Sequence record: OQ790161.1
DNA length: 64,000 nt
Reading direction: 5' to 3' (one strand)
A program made the translations under genes and the position numbers. This document shows positions 55,253 through 63,311 of the stretch, one piece after another. The notes under the pieces are model-generated. The model made no database searches. It had not been told where the DNA came from and was given only the letters and a program-made list of their open reading frames with translations. Each line of letters begins with the position of its first letter. Positions within the stretch are counted from its first letter, which is position 1.

Positions 55253-56146
55253 ATGTCCAAGGTCCTTTGCCTGTACCACAGTGACTGCTTCGATGGACTC
55301 GGAGCAGCCTGGGCGTTGTTCAAGCGCTTCCCCGATGCAGAGTTCGTCGCGGTGCGCTACAACGAACCCTCCCCGGCAGTGGCTGGCCGTATCGTCTACG
55401 TAGTGGATTTCTGCTACCCCTTCGACGAGCTGTTGGAAATGGCCAGCGTGGCTGAAGAGCTGCATGTCTTCGACCACCACAAGGGCATGAGCGATACGAT
55501 CGAATCGTTCAACCATGCCTTGCAAGCCTGGGGCTTTGATCAGGCCAAGTACCGTGGCGTGTTCGCCCAAGACCGCTCCGGCGCCAAGCTGACGTGGGAA
55601 CTGCTGATGCCGGAGTATCCGGTGCCGCTGATCCTGGAACACATCAGCGACCGTGATCTGTGGACGTTTGACTTGGATGACACCAAGTCCATCACCGCCG
55701 GCCTGGGCACCTATGAAATGTCCCTGACCACGTGGGATCGCCTGTTCCGTTGGTCGCCTGAAGAAAGCTCCAACGACCACGACAGTCCCCATCAAGCTGC
55801 ACTGGATCAGCTCGACTCTGAAGGTCGTCCGATCCTGCGCAAGATGAAGCAGGACATCAACCGCATCCGCAGCCTGTGCGAACGTACGATCGAACTGGGC
55901 GGGTACACCGTTCCGTTGATCAATGCCCCGCGCCCGCTGATCAGCGAGATTCTGGAAGAGGCTTGCTTGGACAAGCCCTTTGCCGTCGGTTACTTCGATG
56001 GTCCGGACTATCGCGAGTACTCGATGCGCTCCACCAAGAACGTCGGCATCAACTTGATCGCACTGGCCCAATCGCTGGGCGGTAACGGTCATGCCCATGC
56101 AGCTGGCTTCCGAGTCAGTCGCGACCATCCCCTCGCACAAATCTAA
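55253..56146 (+). CDS. DHH/DHHA1-family phosphoesterase
   Basis: YHSDCFDG, VVDF, FDHHK and GGNGHAHAAGF. Confidence 0.85.
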   Translation: MSKVLCLYHSDCFDGLGAAWALFKRFPDAEFVAVRYNEPSPAVAGRIVYVVDFCYPFDELLEMASVAEELHVFDHHKGMSDTIESFNHALQAWGFDQAKYRGVFAQDRSGAKLTWELLMPEYPVPLILEHISDRDLWTFDLDDTKSITAGLGTYEMSLTTWDRLFRWSPEESSNDHDSPHQAALDQLDSEGRPILRKMKQDINRIRSLCERTIELGGYTVPLINAPRPLISEILEEACLDKPFAVGYFDGPDYREYSMRSTKNVGINLIALAQSLGGNGHAHAAGFRVSRDHPLAQI

Positions 56147-56155
56147 GGTGCAATC

Positions 56156-56962
56156 ATGTTTTCGAGTTTGCAAGTGATGTACCTCAAACAAGTGGCCAAG
56201 AAGTACGCCGCTGTTTTGTTGGGTGTGGCCCTGATCTTCATCGCCTGGTCCAACCATTTCGTGTATGGCGAGAAGGGCCTGATCGGCGCTGCCGCCCTGC
56301 TGATCGTACTGTGTTGTTTCCAGTACGAAGCACTGCGTTCGGACTGGGCCGAAAAGCGCCGCCTCAAGAACGAGCTCAATGAACTGCGGACCGACCATAC
56401 CAAGTTGTCCCGTGAGTTCGATGAGCTGCACACCGACTATGTCTCCCAGACGGCCGATCTGGAAAGGGAGCAACGATTGCACGAGGCCGCCCGGACGGGG
56501 TACCGCGCCGCGTTGGACAGCGCCAATCTGTTCCTGCCTCGCATCGTGGATCTGCGCCGTCAGCGCCTGCTCCTGCTGACGCTGCTGGTTCGCGCCTTCC
56601 CCTCGGGCATTCGTGCCGAGACGTTCATCCAGGAATGGGAAGTCGATCGCAGTGTGGGCATCAGCGCTACTGCCCCGCCGGTGAAAGAGCCGAAGAAGAC
56701 TTCGGATTACTTCGAGCAGTCGAATCTGGTCCCGTACCTGTACATCACCTTGCCCAATGGCGAACAGATGCGCATTCCCCTGAACGAGGAAGAAGTACGA
56801 CAGCTGCGCAGCCTGCCCGATCCGGTGGGTGACTACACCGGCGTGCGAAACGTGCTGCTGGAGACGTTGTCCTTCGACAACTTCGCCAAGTTGCTGGAAA
56901 CCCATCCGGAAGTCCAGCTGGCCCTGATGATCAAGGTCCACGAACGCGAGAGTGCCGCCTAA
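56156..56962 (+). CDS. Membrane protein (2 N-terminal TM helices plus coiled coil)
   Basis: YAAVLLGVALIFIAW and LIGAAALLIVLCCF followed by heptad repeats. Confidence 0.7.
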   Translation: MFSSLQVMYLKQVAKKYAAVLLGVALIFIAWSNHFVYGEKGLIGAAALLIVLCCFQYEALRSDWAEKRRLKNELNELRTDHTKLSREFDELHTDYVSQTADLEREQRLHEAARTGYRAALDSANLFLPRIVDLRRQRLLLLTLLVRAFPSGIRAETFIQEWEVDRSVGISATAPPVKEPKKTSDYFEQSNLVPYLYITLPNGEQMRIPLNEEEVRQLRSLPDPVGDYTGVRNVLLETLSFDNFAKLLETHPEVQLALMIKVHERESAA

Positions 56963-57234
56963 TGGCCGAGGAATATATCGGCGGGGTCACTGAAGACCGA
57001 CGTGCCACGGACTTCAAGTCCGAGGAAGAACGCCTGACGGATCGGTACGGCAGCGGGATGACCCGCTCGCTGGCAGCGACCTACGGCTGCATGATGGCAG
57101 GTATCGGTCTGGAGTTGTTGAAGGTTCCCTATGCCTTGCCCGTCAGTGGTGTGCTGACTGTGATCTCGTTCATCTACCTGTGCTACTACAGCTCGAAGAT
57201 GAACAAGTTGATGCAGGCCACAAAGAAAGACTAA
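56962..57234 (+). CDS. Small 2-TM protein, holin candidate
   Basis: Two hydrophobic helices and a basic C-tail; directly upstream of the endolysin. Confidence 0.45.
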   Translation: MAEEYIGGVTEDRRATDFKSEEERLTDRYGSGMTRSLAATYGCMMAGIGLELLKVPYALPVSGVLTVISFIYLCYYSSKMNKLMQATKKD

Positions 57235-57268
57235 GACATACCCCCACCTTCGGGTGGGGGTTTATGCC
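57235..57268 (+). terminator. Hairpin, CATA...TTATGCC family
   Basis: gacata-cccccacc-ttcg-ggtggggg-tttatgcc. Confidence 0.75.
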
Positions 57269-57303
57269 CATCCTATGACGTTTTGTCCAATAGGAGAAGT
57301 GGC

Positions 57304-58119
57304 ATGTTGCTGCGTTTGAACGACCGCGGTGATGCGGTCAAAGACCTGCAGACCAAACTCGGTCTGAAGGCTGACGGGCACTTTGGCCCGCTCACCCAAA
57401 CCGCCGTGATCGCCTTCCAGAAGAAGGTCGGTCTGCCGGCAGACGGCATCGTGGGTCCTGCCACGTTTGCCAAACTCGGTGTCAAGGAAGAAGTTGTTGT
57501 GTCGAGCCGTGCGCTCACCAAGGATGACTTCATCAACGCAGGTAAGCTGCTCAACTGCCATCCGGGTATGATCGAAGCGCTGGCCCTGAAGGAAACCCGT
57601 GGCAAGGCGTTCCTCCCCGATGGTCGCCCGGCCATCCTGTTCGAACGCCACCAGTTCTACAAGCGCCTGCCGATCGTGCGTAAGGCCGGACAGACCCAAG
57701 CCTCACTGCTGGCCATTCGCGAGCAAGCCGTCAAGAACGATGGTGACATCTGTTCGTCGGTGCGCGGCGGCTATAAGGGCGGTGCGGCTGAATACGACCG
57801 GCTGGCTCGTGCCCAGAAGTACTCCGACACCGCTGCACTGGAAGCAGCCAGCTGGGGTCAGTTCCAGGTCATGGGCTTCAACGCGGTTGCCATCGGCTAC
57901 CCGAGCGTGCAGGAGTTCGTGCGTCTGATGTATCAGGGCATCGATCAGCACCTGATCGCGCTGGTGCGTTTCATCCAAGCCACCCCGAAGGCACTCAAGG
58001 GCATCCGTGAGCAGAACTTCGCGATGCTGGCGGGTGCCTACAACGGCCCGGCTTATGCCGAGAACAAGTACGACACCGATCTGAAGAAGCTGTTCGACCA
58101 GGTCAAAGGTAAGTACTAA
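57304..58119 (+). CDS. Modular endolysin: PG_binding_1 plus N-acetylmuramidase (DUF3380)
   Basis: L.LNDRGDAVKDLQ..LG...DG.FGP.T..AV.AFQ...GL.ADGIVGP.T; ETRG..FLPDGRPAILFERH.F; ASWGQFQVMGFN; FA.AYNGPAY..N.YD. Confidence 0.9.
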   Translation: MLLRLNDRGDAVKDLQTKLGLKADGHFGPLTQTAVIAFQKKVGLPADGIVGPATFAKLGVKEEVVVSSRALTKDDFINAGKLLNCHPGMIEALALKETRGKAFLPDGRPAILFERHQFYKRLPIVRKAGQTQASLLAIREQAVKNDGDICSSVRGGYKGGAAEYDRLARAQKYSDTAALEAASWGQFQVMGFNAVAIGYPSVQEFVRLMYQGIDQHLIALVRFIQATPKALKGIREQNFAMLAGAYNGPAYAENKYDTDLKKLFDQVKGKY

Positions 58120-58793
58120 TGGCGCAGGTCACCGTATCGATGGAGAAGTTGCTGTGGCACGGTCAGCGAGATCTCCATTGGGTGCATAAGGCGATCGTGC
58201 GTTCGCTGGAAATGATCCTCGATGTGCGCTCGCTCACCTTCGACCGCAGTGATGTCAACTTCAAGGTGGTGGAGGAGATGATCCTCAACCACTCGGAGCA
58301 TCTGAAGATCATCGGAGAGTGGATTGGCCATCCCAACTACGACTTCGGCCCCAAACTGTGGGAAGCCCAGCGGGCACTGTTGCCGTATTTGAATGGATGG
58401 AAGCACCCGACCTTCTACCGTGGTTTCGATACCGGAGCCGGGCAGTCGCACATGGGACTGCAGTTTGCGCGAGGCTGGTTTGGCGCCAAGCCGCATGACC
58501 TGAAAGTGGGAGACAAGTTCTCCTACGTGGCCGATCACCCCTTGTCCTTCAGTCACGTTCAAGGCGTGGCCGAATCATTCGGTAAGATCATCGTGAAGGT
58601 CAGTGGGCGCAAGCAGTACCATCGCATGTTGCCTCTGACGCCCACGTTGGTTTACGCCGTGGACCGACTGATGTATGGCAATTCGGATATTTTCAAGAAC
58701 GACAGTAGCTGGGTGACGGAGGCAGAGACGATCCTGCTGCCGTCGAAGGAGCCTGTCGAGTTTGAGGTCGTATCCGTCGGCAAGAAACGCTAG
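58119..58793 (+). CDS. Putative R-S-E class ADP-ribosyltransferase, probably virion-packaged
   Basis: FYRG (Arg), LSFS....VAESFG (STS-like), EAETILLP...FEVVSV (E-x-E); N-terminal VSME cleavage motif. Confidence 0.55.
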   Translation: MAQVTVSMEKLLWHGQRDLHWVHKAIVRSLEMILDVRSLTFDRSDVNFKVVEEMILNHSEHLKIIGEWIGHPNYDFGPKLWEAQRALLPYLNGWKHPTFYRGFDTGAGQSHMGLQFARGWFGAKPHDLKVGDKFSYVADHPLSFSHVQGVAESFGKIIVKVSGRKQYHRMLPLTPTLVYAVDRLMYGNSDIFKNDSSWVTEAETILLPSKEPVEFEVVSVGKKR

Positions 58794-58801
58794 CCACAAG
58801 T

Positions 58802-58831
58802 GCCCCCACCCTTCGGGGTGGGGGTTATGCC
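58802..58831 (+). terminator. Hairpin, TTATGCC flank
   Basis: gcccccaccc-ttcg-gggtggggg-ttatgcc. Confidence 0.75.
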
Positions 58832-58842
58832 GCTTAACTGAT

Positions 58843-58868
58843 TTTGGAACCTGTACTATCCAAATGTG
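58843..58868 (+). promoter_or_regulatory. Putative phage promoter TTTN-N7-TACT-N7-TG
   Basis: TTTG gaacctg TACT atccaaa TGTG. Confidence 0.5.
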
Positions 58869-58942
58869 GTGGCCTCTACCCGCCGTAATTTTCCACAGCG
58901 CCGTCACATCTTTGTGTTATCATCACCCCAATGGAATAGGCC

Positions 58943-59224
58943 GTGAACACTGCCGTGTATATCGACCCGAAGAAAGTCAAGAAGCCCGAATGGAACATGA
59001 ACCTCAAGCCGCACACGGCAACGGTCGAGCGTACTCCGCCTCGCATCGTGGGTCTGGAGATCCGTCCGGATAAAGGTTGGTCCATCGACCACCTCCACCT
59101 GACCACGCACGTGGAGCGCACGCTCATGCGGCATCCGCAGTTCAGCCACCTCTCTGTGGTACCGCTGCACTGTCTGTTCCTGCGACAGGAAGTGACCCAC
59201 AACCCCAGCAGCCGCCGGCACTAA
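58943..59224 (+). CDS. Hypothetical protein
   Basis: GTG start; 93 aa. Confidence 0.55.
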   Translation: MNTAVYIDPKKVKKPEWNMNLKPHTATVERTPPRIVGLEIRPDKGWSIDHLHLTTHVERTLMRHPQFSHLSVVPLHCLFLRQEVTHNPSSRRH

Positions 59225-59227
59225 CCG

Positions 59228-59836
59228 ATGGCCGGCTTCTGGGATTACCGAGGTCGGCGTTTCATTGCCATTGTGGGAAGTCGTGAAGCTCCTGAGGAGG
59301 CGTTGTCCGTTACTCGGGAACTAGGACGTGCAGTGACTGATCGAGGCGTTGCCGTCTCTAGCGGTGATGCTGATGGGATGGACTTGGCAGGATACGAAGG
59401 TGCACTGACCTCCCCTGCCTTTGAGCAGATCGGAGCGCGCATCTTTCTCCACAAGTCCCCAGTCCACTACAAGACTCGCCCACCACGCTACGCCGATGAA
59501 CGCATCTTCTTTGATGCCTCTCAGTTCTACAACTGGGAACAGGCACGTCAGTACGCCTTCGACGCCCGTGGTTCGTTCGAAGGACTGTACGACAATGGGA
59601 TTGCCTTGCACTCCCGCAATGCGTATCAGATCTTGCTTGATGATCTTCAAACGCCAGTCAGCTCTGTGGTTTACTGGGCACGTCCCGTCGGGAAGAAAGG
59701 GCAGGTCAAAGGCGGCACCAACACCGCTGTACAACTAGCCCGTCGATTCAACGTACCCCAGATCAACATCTACACCGATGAGGGCATGGAGAAGGTCTTG
59801 AATTACATCAAAAGGAGTCGAGAGATCCATGTGTGA
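59228..59836 (+). CDS. Stand-alone SLOG-superfamily (DprA/Smf-like Rossmann) protein
   Basis: IAIVGSREAP, VSSGDADGMD.AGYEGA, HSRNAYQIL, GGT.TAV.LARRFNVPQINI. Confidence 0.8.
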   Translation: MAGFWDYRGRRFIAIVGSREAPEEALSVTRELGRAVTDRGVAVSSGDADGMDLAGYEGALTSPAFEQIGARIFLHKSPVHYKTRPPRYADERIFFDASQFYNWEQARQYAFDARGSFEGLYDNGIALHSRNAYQILLDDLQTPVSSVVYWARPVGKKGQVKGGTNTAVQLARRFNVPQINIYTDEGMEKVLNYIKRSREIHV

Positions 59837-60221
59837 CAAACACGACAAACAGGAAGACGCGGTCCAGATCAAATGGGGCAGTGAGCGCTACAAGGAGCAA
59901 TACCTGAACCTGCTGTGGGCCAAGTACCTCACCGGTTGGGCAGTGGCGCTGGTGTTGGGCTGCGGGGTTGTGTTCTTCATCCATCGCGCCTTCACCACCG
60001 ATTTCTCCCTGGCCAACGGCATCGGCATGTCAGTGTGGATGTTGGGGGTGCTGAGCCTGAGCTTCCAGCAGAGCTTCATCAACTCCAAGGTCCATCGCCT
60101 GGAGCGGTACTTCAACTTCTTCGACCTGCGCCACAAGGTCCGTCACCAGCTGTTCTGCAAGTGGTGGGGGCATTGCGCTGCGCTGCACGGTCTCAAGGAT
60201 GATCTGACCCATGATTCATAA
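59829..60221 (+). CDS. Small 2-TM membrane protein
   Basis: Two hydrophobic helices. Confidence 0.7.
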   Translation: MCDKHDKQEDAVQIKWGSERYKEQYLNLLWAKYLTGWAVALVLGCGVVFFIHRAFTTDFSLANGIGMSVWMLGVLSLSFQQSFINSKVHRLERYFNFFDLRHKVRHQLFCKWWGHCAALHGLKDDLTHDS

Positions 60222-60537
60222 GGCGACCAACACCGCTACGCAGATCATGGCGTTGTGGTACCACTACGACAACCTGCGCACCAAGTGTCAGTTCGCTCTG
60301 TTCTTCGGAGCGGTGTTCATGTTCAGTTCGCTGTGCTGCGCCGTTGGGGCCTACGCCCGACAAGTCAATTGGCTCGATAACACGCAAGTGCTGGAACGGC
60401 CAGTGCACCTGTACGCCACTGCCTTGGTACTGGCGCTGCTCGGACTGTGGATGGGCTGGTTGTATAACCGCTGGCTGCCCCGCCGGCAGTTGGCCCTTCA
60501 ACGTTACCAACAAGTGGCATCTTTGGATGTCTGGTGA
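60211..60537 (+). CDS. Small 2-TM membrane protein
   Basis: Two hydrophobic helices; overlaps the previous gene. Confidence 0.7.
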   Translation: MIHKATNTATQIMALWYHYDNLRTKCQFALFFGAVFMFSSLCCAVGAYARQVNWLDNTQVLERPVHLYATALVLALLGLWMGWLYNRWLPRRQLALQRYQQVASLDVW

Positions 60538-60549
60538 TAAAGGACGATC

Positions 60550-60870
60550 ATGAACGATGATGCATCAACGGAAACCTTGCAGGAAGAAAACCGTCTCCTG
60601 AAAAGGCAGGTGCGTGACCATGAGTGGCTGGCGCGCCTGTACAAGTACTACTGGCCGGTGTGGATGGTCTGGATTGTGACCATGTTTACCGAGAACGAGT
60701 TGGAGGCGATCTTCCATCTCTCCGCCGGTACGATCCATACCTGGGTCGTGATTCCGTGCCGCGCTGCAGTTCTCGCCAACATCATGCTGATCTTCTGGCT
60801 CTTGTTCGACGGCTACCGGTGTAACAAGAAGATGATCGAACTGCGCGATCCAAGGCGGGTGCGGCTATGA
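60550..60870 (+). CDS. Small 2-TM membrane protein
   Basis: AAGGA RBS; two hydrophobic helices. Confidence 0.7.
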   Translation: MNDDASTETLQEENRLLKRQVRDHEWLARLYKYYWPVWMVWIVTMFTENELEAIFHLSAGTIHTWVVIPCRAAVLANIMLIFWLLFDGYRCNKKMIELRDPRRVRL

Positions 60871-61160
60871 TTCCCAGTGCCGCATATGCACGTGGTAGGA
60901 TGTTCCATTGGGCCGGCATCCGCGACCTTGTGCGAACCTTCTGCTTTGCAGTGGCTGGACCGGTGTTGTTCCACGTCTTCGCTTGGCTGTACATGGGGCA
61001 AGCGGGAAGTCGTCGGGCTGTTTTCTGGGGGACGATCACCTTGGTCGTCTTTATCCTTGTCACTATCTACTGCTACCGACGCTCGGCCTACTGGCGCCGG
61101 ACATGGACCCATCTCAGCGAGGAGGAACTTCGTGCAAGACTTGGCCAAACTGCGCGATAA
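60867..61160 (+). CDS. Small 2-TM membrane protein
   Basis: ATGA overlap; two hydrophobic helices. Confidence 0.7.
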   Translation: MIPSAAYARGRMFHWAGIRDLVRTFCFAVAGPVLFHVFAWLYMGQAGSRRAVFWGTITLVVFILVTIYCYRRSAYWRRTWTHLSEEELRARLGQTAR

Positions 61161-61449
61161 GATTCAGCGTCGCGCCGAACGTCGTGAGATCTATACCAAG
61201 CTTGCGAAGTTCTTCTTCCACATCAGTGCCGCCGGACTGATCTTCTGCGTCTTCCTGATCTATGTCACCCAGCTCGCCCGCGACTTTCAAACATCACTCA
61301 ACGTGATGGCGTTGACCGGTGGTGCTTTTCTTTCCACGTTGATCTTCGGTGGCTTGCAAAGCCACTTCGGTATGTTAGCCATTGCCGATCGTCAACGTCT
61401 CGACCAACTCCGCAACCTCTACCGTCCGAAAGGAACTGTTCCACTATGA
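61132..61449 (+). CDS. Small 2-TM membrane protein
   Basis: GTG 61132 with GGAGG RBS; two hydrophobic helices; ATGA overlap with thyA. Confidence 0.65.
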   Translation: MQDLAKLRDKIQRRAERREIYTKLAKFFFHISAAGLIFCVFLIYVTQLARDFQTSLNVMALTGGAFLSTLIFGGLQSHFGMLAIADRQRLDQLRNLYRPKGTVPL

Positions 61450-62729
61450 AGCAATACACCGATCTGTTGCAGCGCATCCTCAACGAAGGCCGCCTCAAGG
61501 AAAACCGCACCGGCGTTGACACCATCTCCCTGCTGGGACCGCAGATGGAATTCGACATGGCCGACGGCTACCCGCTGTTGAACCTGCGCGAGGTTCCCTT
61601 CCAGCACGCGGTCAATGAGAACCTGTGGTTCCTGGCCGGCGTCTGCAACAACGAAGACCTGGTGGCGATGGGCACCAAGTTCTGGTCCAAGTGGGCCCTG
61701 AAGGAAGACTTCGTCGTCGAAGAAATGCGTCAGGTGCCGGACGTGGTCAACGAGTACATCTTCGTGCGTCTGAAAGAAGACGGCCTGGAGATCAACGAAG
61801 AGACCTCGATCGAAGAAGCCAACGCGATGCGGCAGAAGTACGTCGATGAGCTGATGGCCGCCGACAAGCGCGACAACGAAGCCGGCCTGGCCACGCTGAT
61901 CGATGCCAAGGGCGCGAAGAGCCACACCGAGCTGATGGGCGGTTTCGCCGAAATCCGCAAGTACCCGGACATCAAGTTCGGCGACGAACGTACCGTGGCC
62001 ACCAAGGGCTACCTCGGTCCGATCTACGGTGTGCTGTGGCGTCGCTGGATCGGTGCTGATGGCATCGTCTATGACCAGATCGGCACGATGCTGGCCAAGC
62101 TGGGCAGCGACAACCCCAAGCTGCGCTACTCGCGCTGCAACATCGTCACCGCCTACCAGCCCTCGGTCCTGCCCGATGAAACCATCGGCGCTGAAGAGAA
62201 CATCAAGATTGGTCGTCAGGCGCTGGCTGCCTGCCACACCTTCTTCCAGCTGTTCGCCGAACCGCTGACCCTGCAGGAGCGCATCGACCTGCACGCTGCT
62301 CAGATCGCCGCCGGCACGGCCGTGAACACCGGCCCGACCGAGACCATGGAAGAGCATCTGGACAACCAGGGCGTTCCGCGCGATCAGCTGTCGCTGAAGC
62401 TGTACCAGCGCAGTGCCGACTTCCCGGTCGGCGTGCCGTTCAACATCGCCGGCTACTCGCTGCTGCTGTTGATGTTCTGCAAGCAGCTGAACATGAAGCC
62501 GGCCAAGTTCATCCACACCTTCGGCGATGCCCACATCTACGTGGACCAGGTCGAGGGCGTGAAAGAACTGCTCGCACGCGTCGAGTTCCAGGATACGGTC
62601 GGCGGCGCACTGCCCACGGTCGAGATCGCCGACGGCGTGCCGTCGATGTTCGAGTACAAGCCCGAGCACTTCAAGCTGGTTGGGTACAGCCCGATCAAGC
62701 CGCAGATCAAGTTCCCGGTCGCCGTCTAA
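61446..62729 (+). CDS. thyA: Thymidylate synthase (ThyA) with large insertions
   Basis: NRTGVDT, ENLWFLAG, LGPIYG.LWR, ALAACH (catalytic Cys), LYQRSADFPVGVPFN, FGDAHIY. Confidence 0.95.
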   Translation: MKQYTDLLQRILNEGRLKENRTGVDTISLLGPQMEFDMADGYPLLNLREVPFQHAVNENLWFLAGVCNNEDLVAMGTKFWSKWALKEDFVVEEMRQVPDVVNEYIFVRLKEDGLEINEETSIEEANAMRQKYVDELMAADKRDNEAGLATLIDAKGAKSHTELMGGFAEIRKYPDIKFGDERTVATKGYLGPIYGVLWRRWIGADGIVYDQIGTMLAKLGSDNPKLRYSRCNIVTAYQPSVLPDETIGAEENIKIGRQALAACHTFFQLFAEPLTLQERIDLHAAQIAAGTAVNTGPTETMEEHLDNQGVPRDQLSLKLYQRSADFPVGVPFNIAGYSLLLLMFCKQLNMKPAKFIHTFGDAHIYVDQVEGVKELLARVEFQDTVGGALPTVEIADGVPSMFEYKPEHFKLVGYSPIKPQIKFPVAV

Positions 62730-62731
62730 GC

Positions 62732-62769
62732 GGCATACAGCCCCTGCCTTCGGGCAGGGGCTTTCTTTT
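62732..62769 (+). terminator. Hairpin with T-tail, GGCATA flank
   Basis: ggcatac-agcccctgcc-ttcg-ggcaggggct-ttctttt. Confidence 0.8.
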
Positions 62770-62777
62770 CCCAAGGA

Positions 62778-63125
62778 GTGAATGTGGATCGTCTGGAGAG
62801 GTTGGAGAAAAGTAAGTGGGCCAAAAATCGCAAGTGGTTCAACGTCTGTTCCTTTGCGATGGTGTTACATGGCTGCTTGACCTTCGGTTCGGTCTTCATG
62901 CTCTACGCGCTGTTCGTTCCCCGCTACGGGTTTGAACCGTGGGAACAAGTGCTCTGGACCGTCGTGGCGTTCCTTAATCTGGGACTCTGCAAGTGGGGTC
63001 AATGGAGACACGTGACCTGGGAGATCTATCTGGATGCCCATGAACGCCGGAACGGTTTGAATGCCGACTACCATGAGTTCGTGGACGACATGAAGCGTCT
63101 GGGCAAATGGCCCCGTTCCTACTGA
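62778..63125 (+). CDS. Small 2-TM membrane protein
   Basis: GTG start with AAGGAG RBS; two hydrophobic helices. Confidence 0.7.
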   Translation: MNVDRLERLEKSKWAKNRKWFNVCSFAMVLHGCLTFGSVFMLYALFVPRYGFEPWEQVLWTVVAFLNLGLCKWGQWRHVTWEIYLDAHERRNGLNADYHEFVDDMKRLGKWPRSY

Positions 63126-63134
63126 GGATTTGAC

Positions 63135-63308
63135 ATGGCAGACTTTCTGAAGTTCCTCACCGAAAACCCGGCCGTGGCCGACAGCCTGTTCTGGACGCTG
63201 TTCATCCTCGTCCTCGCTGCGATCATCATCCCGCTGATGATTGCTATCTTCCACCCTTCCGAAAAGAACAAGCCCCCGCGTTCGGGTGGTGGGTTCGTCG
63301 AGTTTTAA
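63135..63308 (+). CDS. Small single-TM protein (57 aa; not in the supplied ORF track)
   Basis: GAGGA RBS; MADFLKFLTENPAVADSLFWTLFILVLAAIIIPLMIAIF... Confidence 0.65.
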   Translation: MADFLKFLTENPAVADSLFWTLFILVLAAIIIPLMIAIFHPSEKNKPPRSGGGFVEF

Positions 63309-63311
63309 ACC

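Noticed and set aside
59228-59836. Bona fide DprA competence protein
   Set aside because: Only ~200 aa, lacking DprA accessory domains; kept as a generic SLOG protein.
61446-62729. Possible dCMP/dUMP hydroxymethylase for DNA hypermodification
   Set aside because: Retains the PFN asparagine and standard ThyA motifs, sits near a normal tmk, and has no modification genes nearby.
5397-62769. Hairpin family as REP/IS-type mobile repeats
   Set aside because: Stem sequences differ between copies, with no transposase or target duplications; placement follows operon ends.
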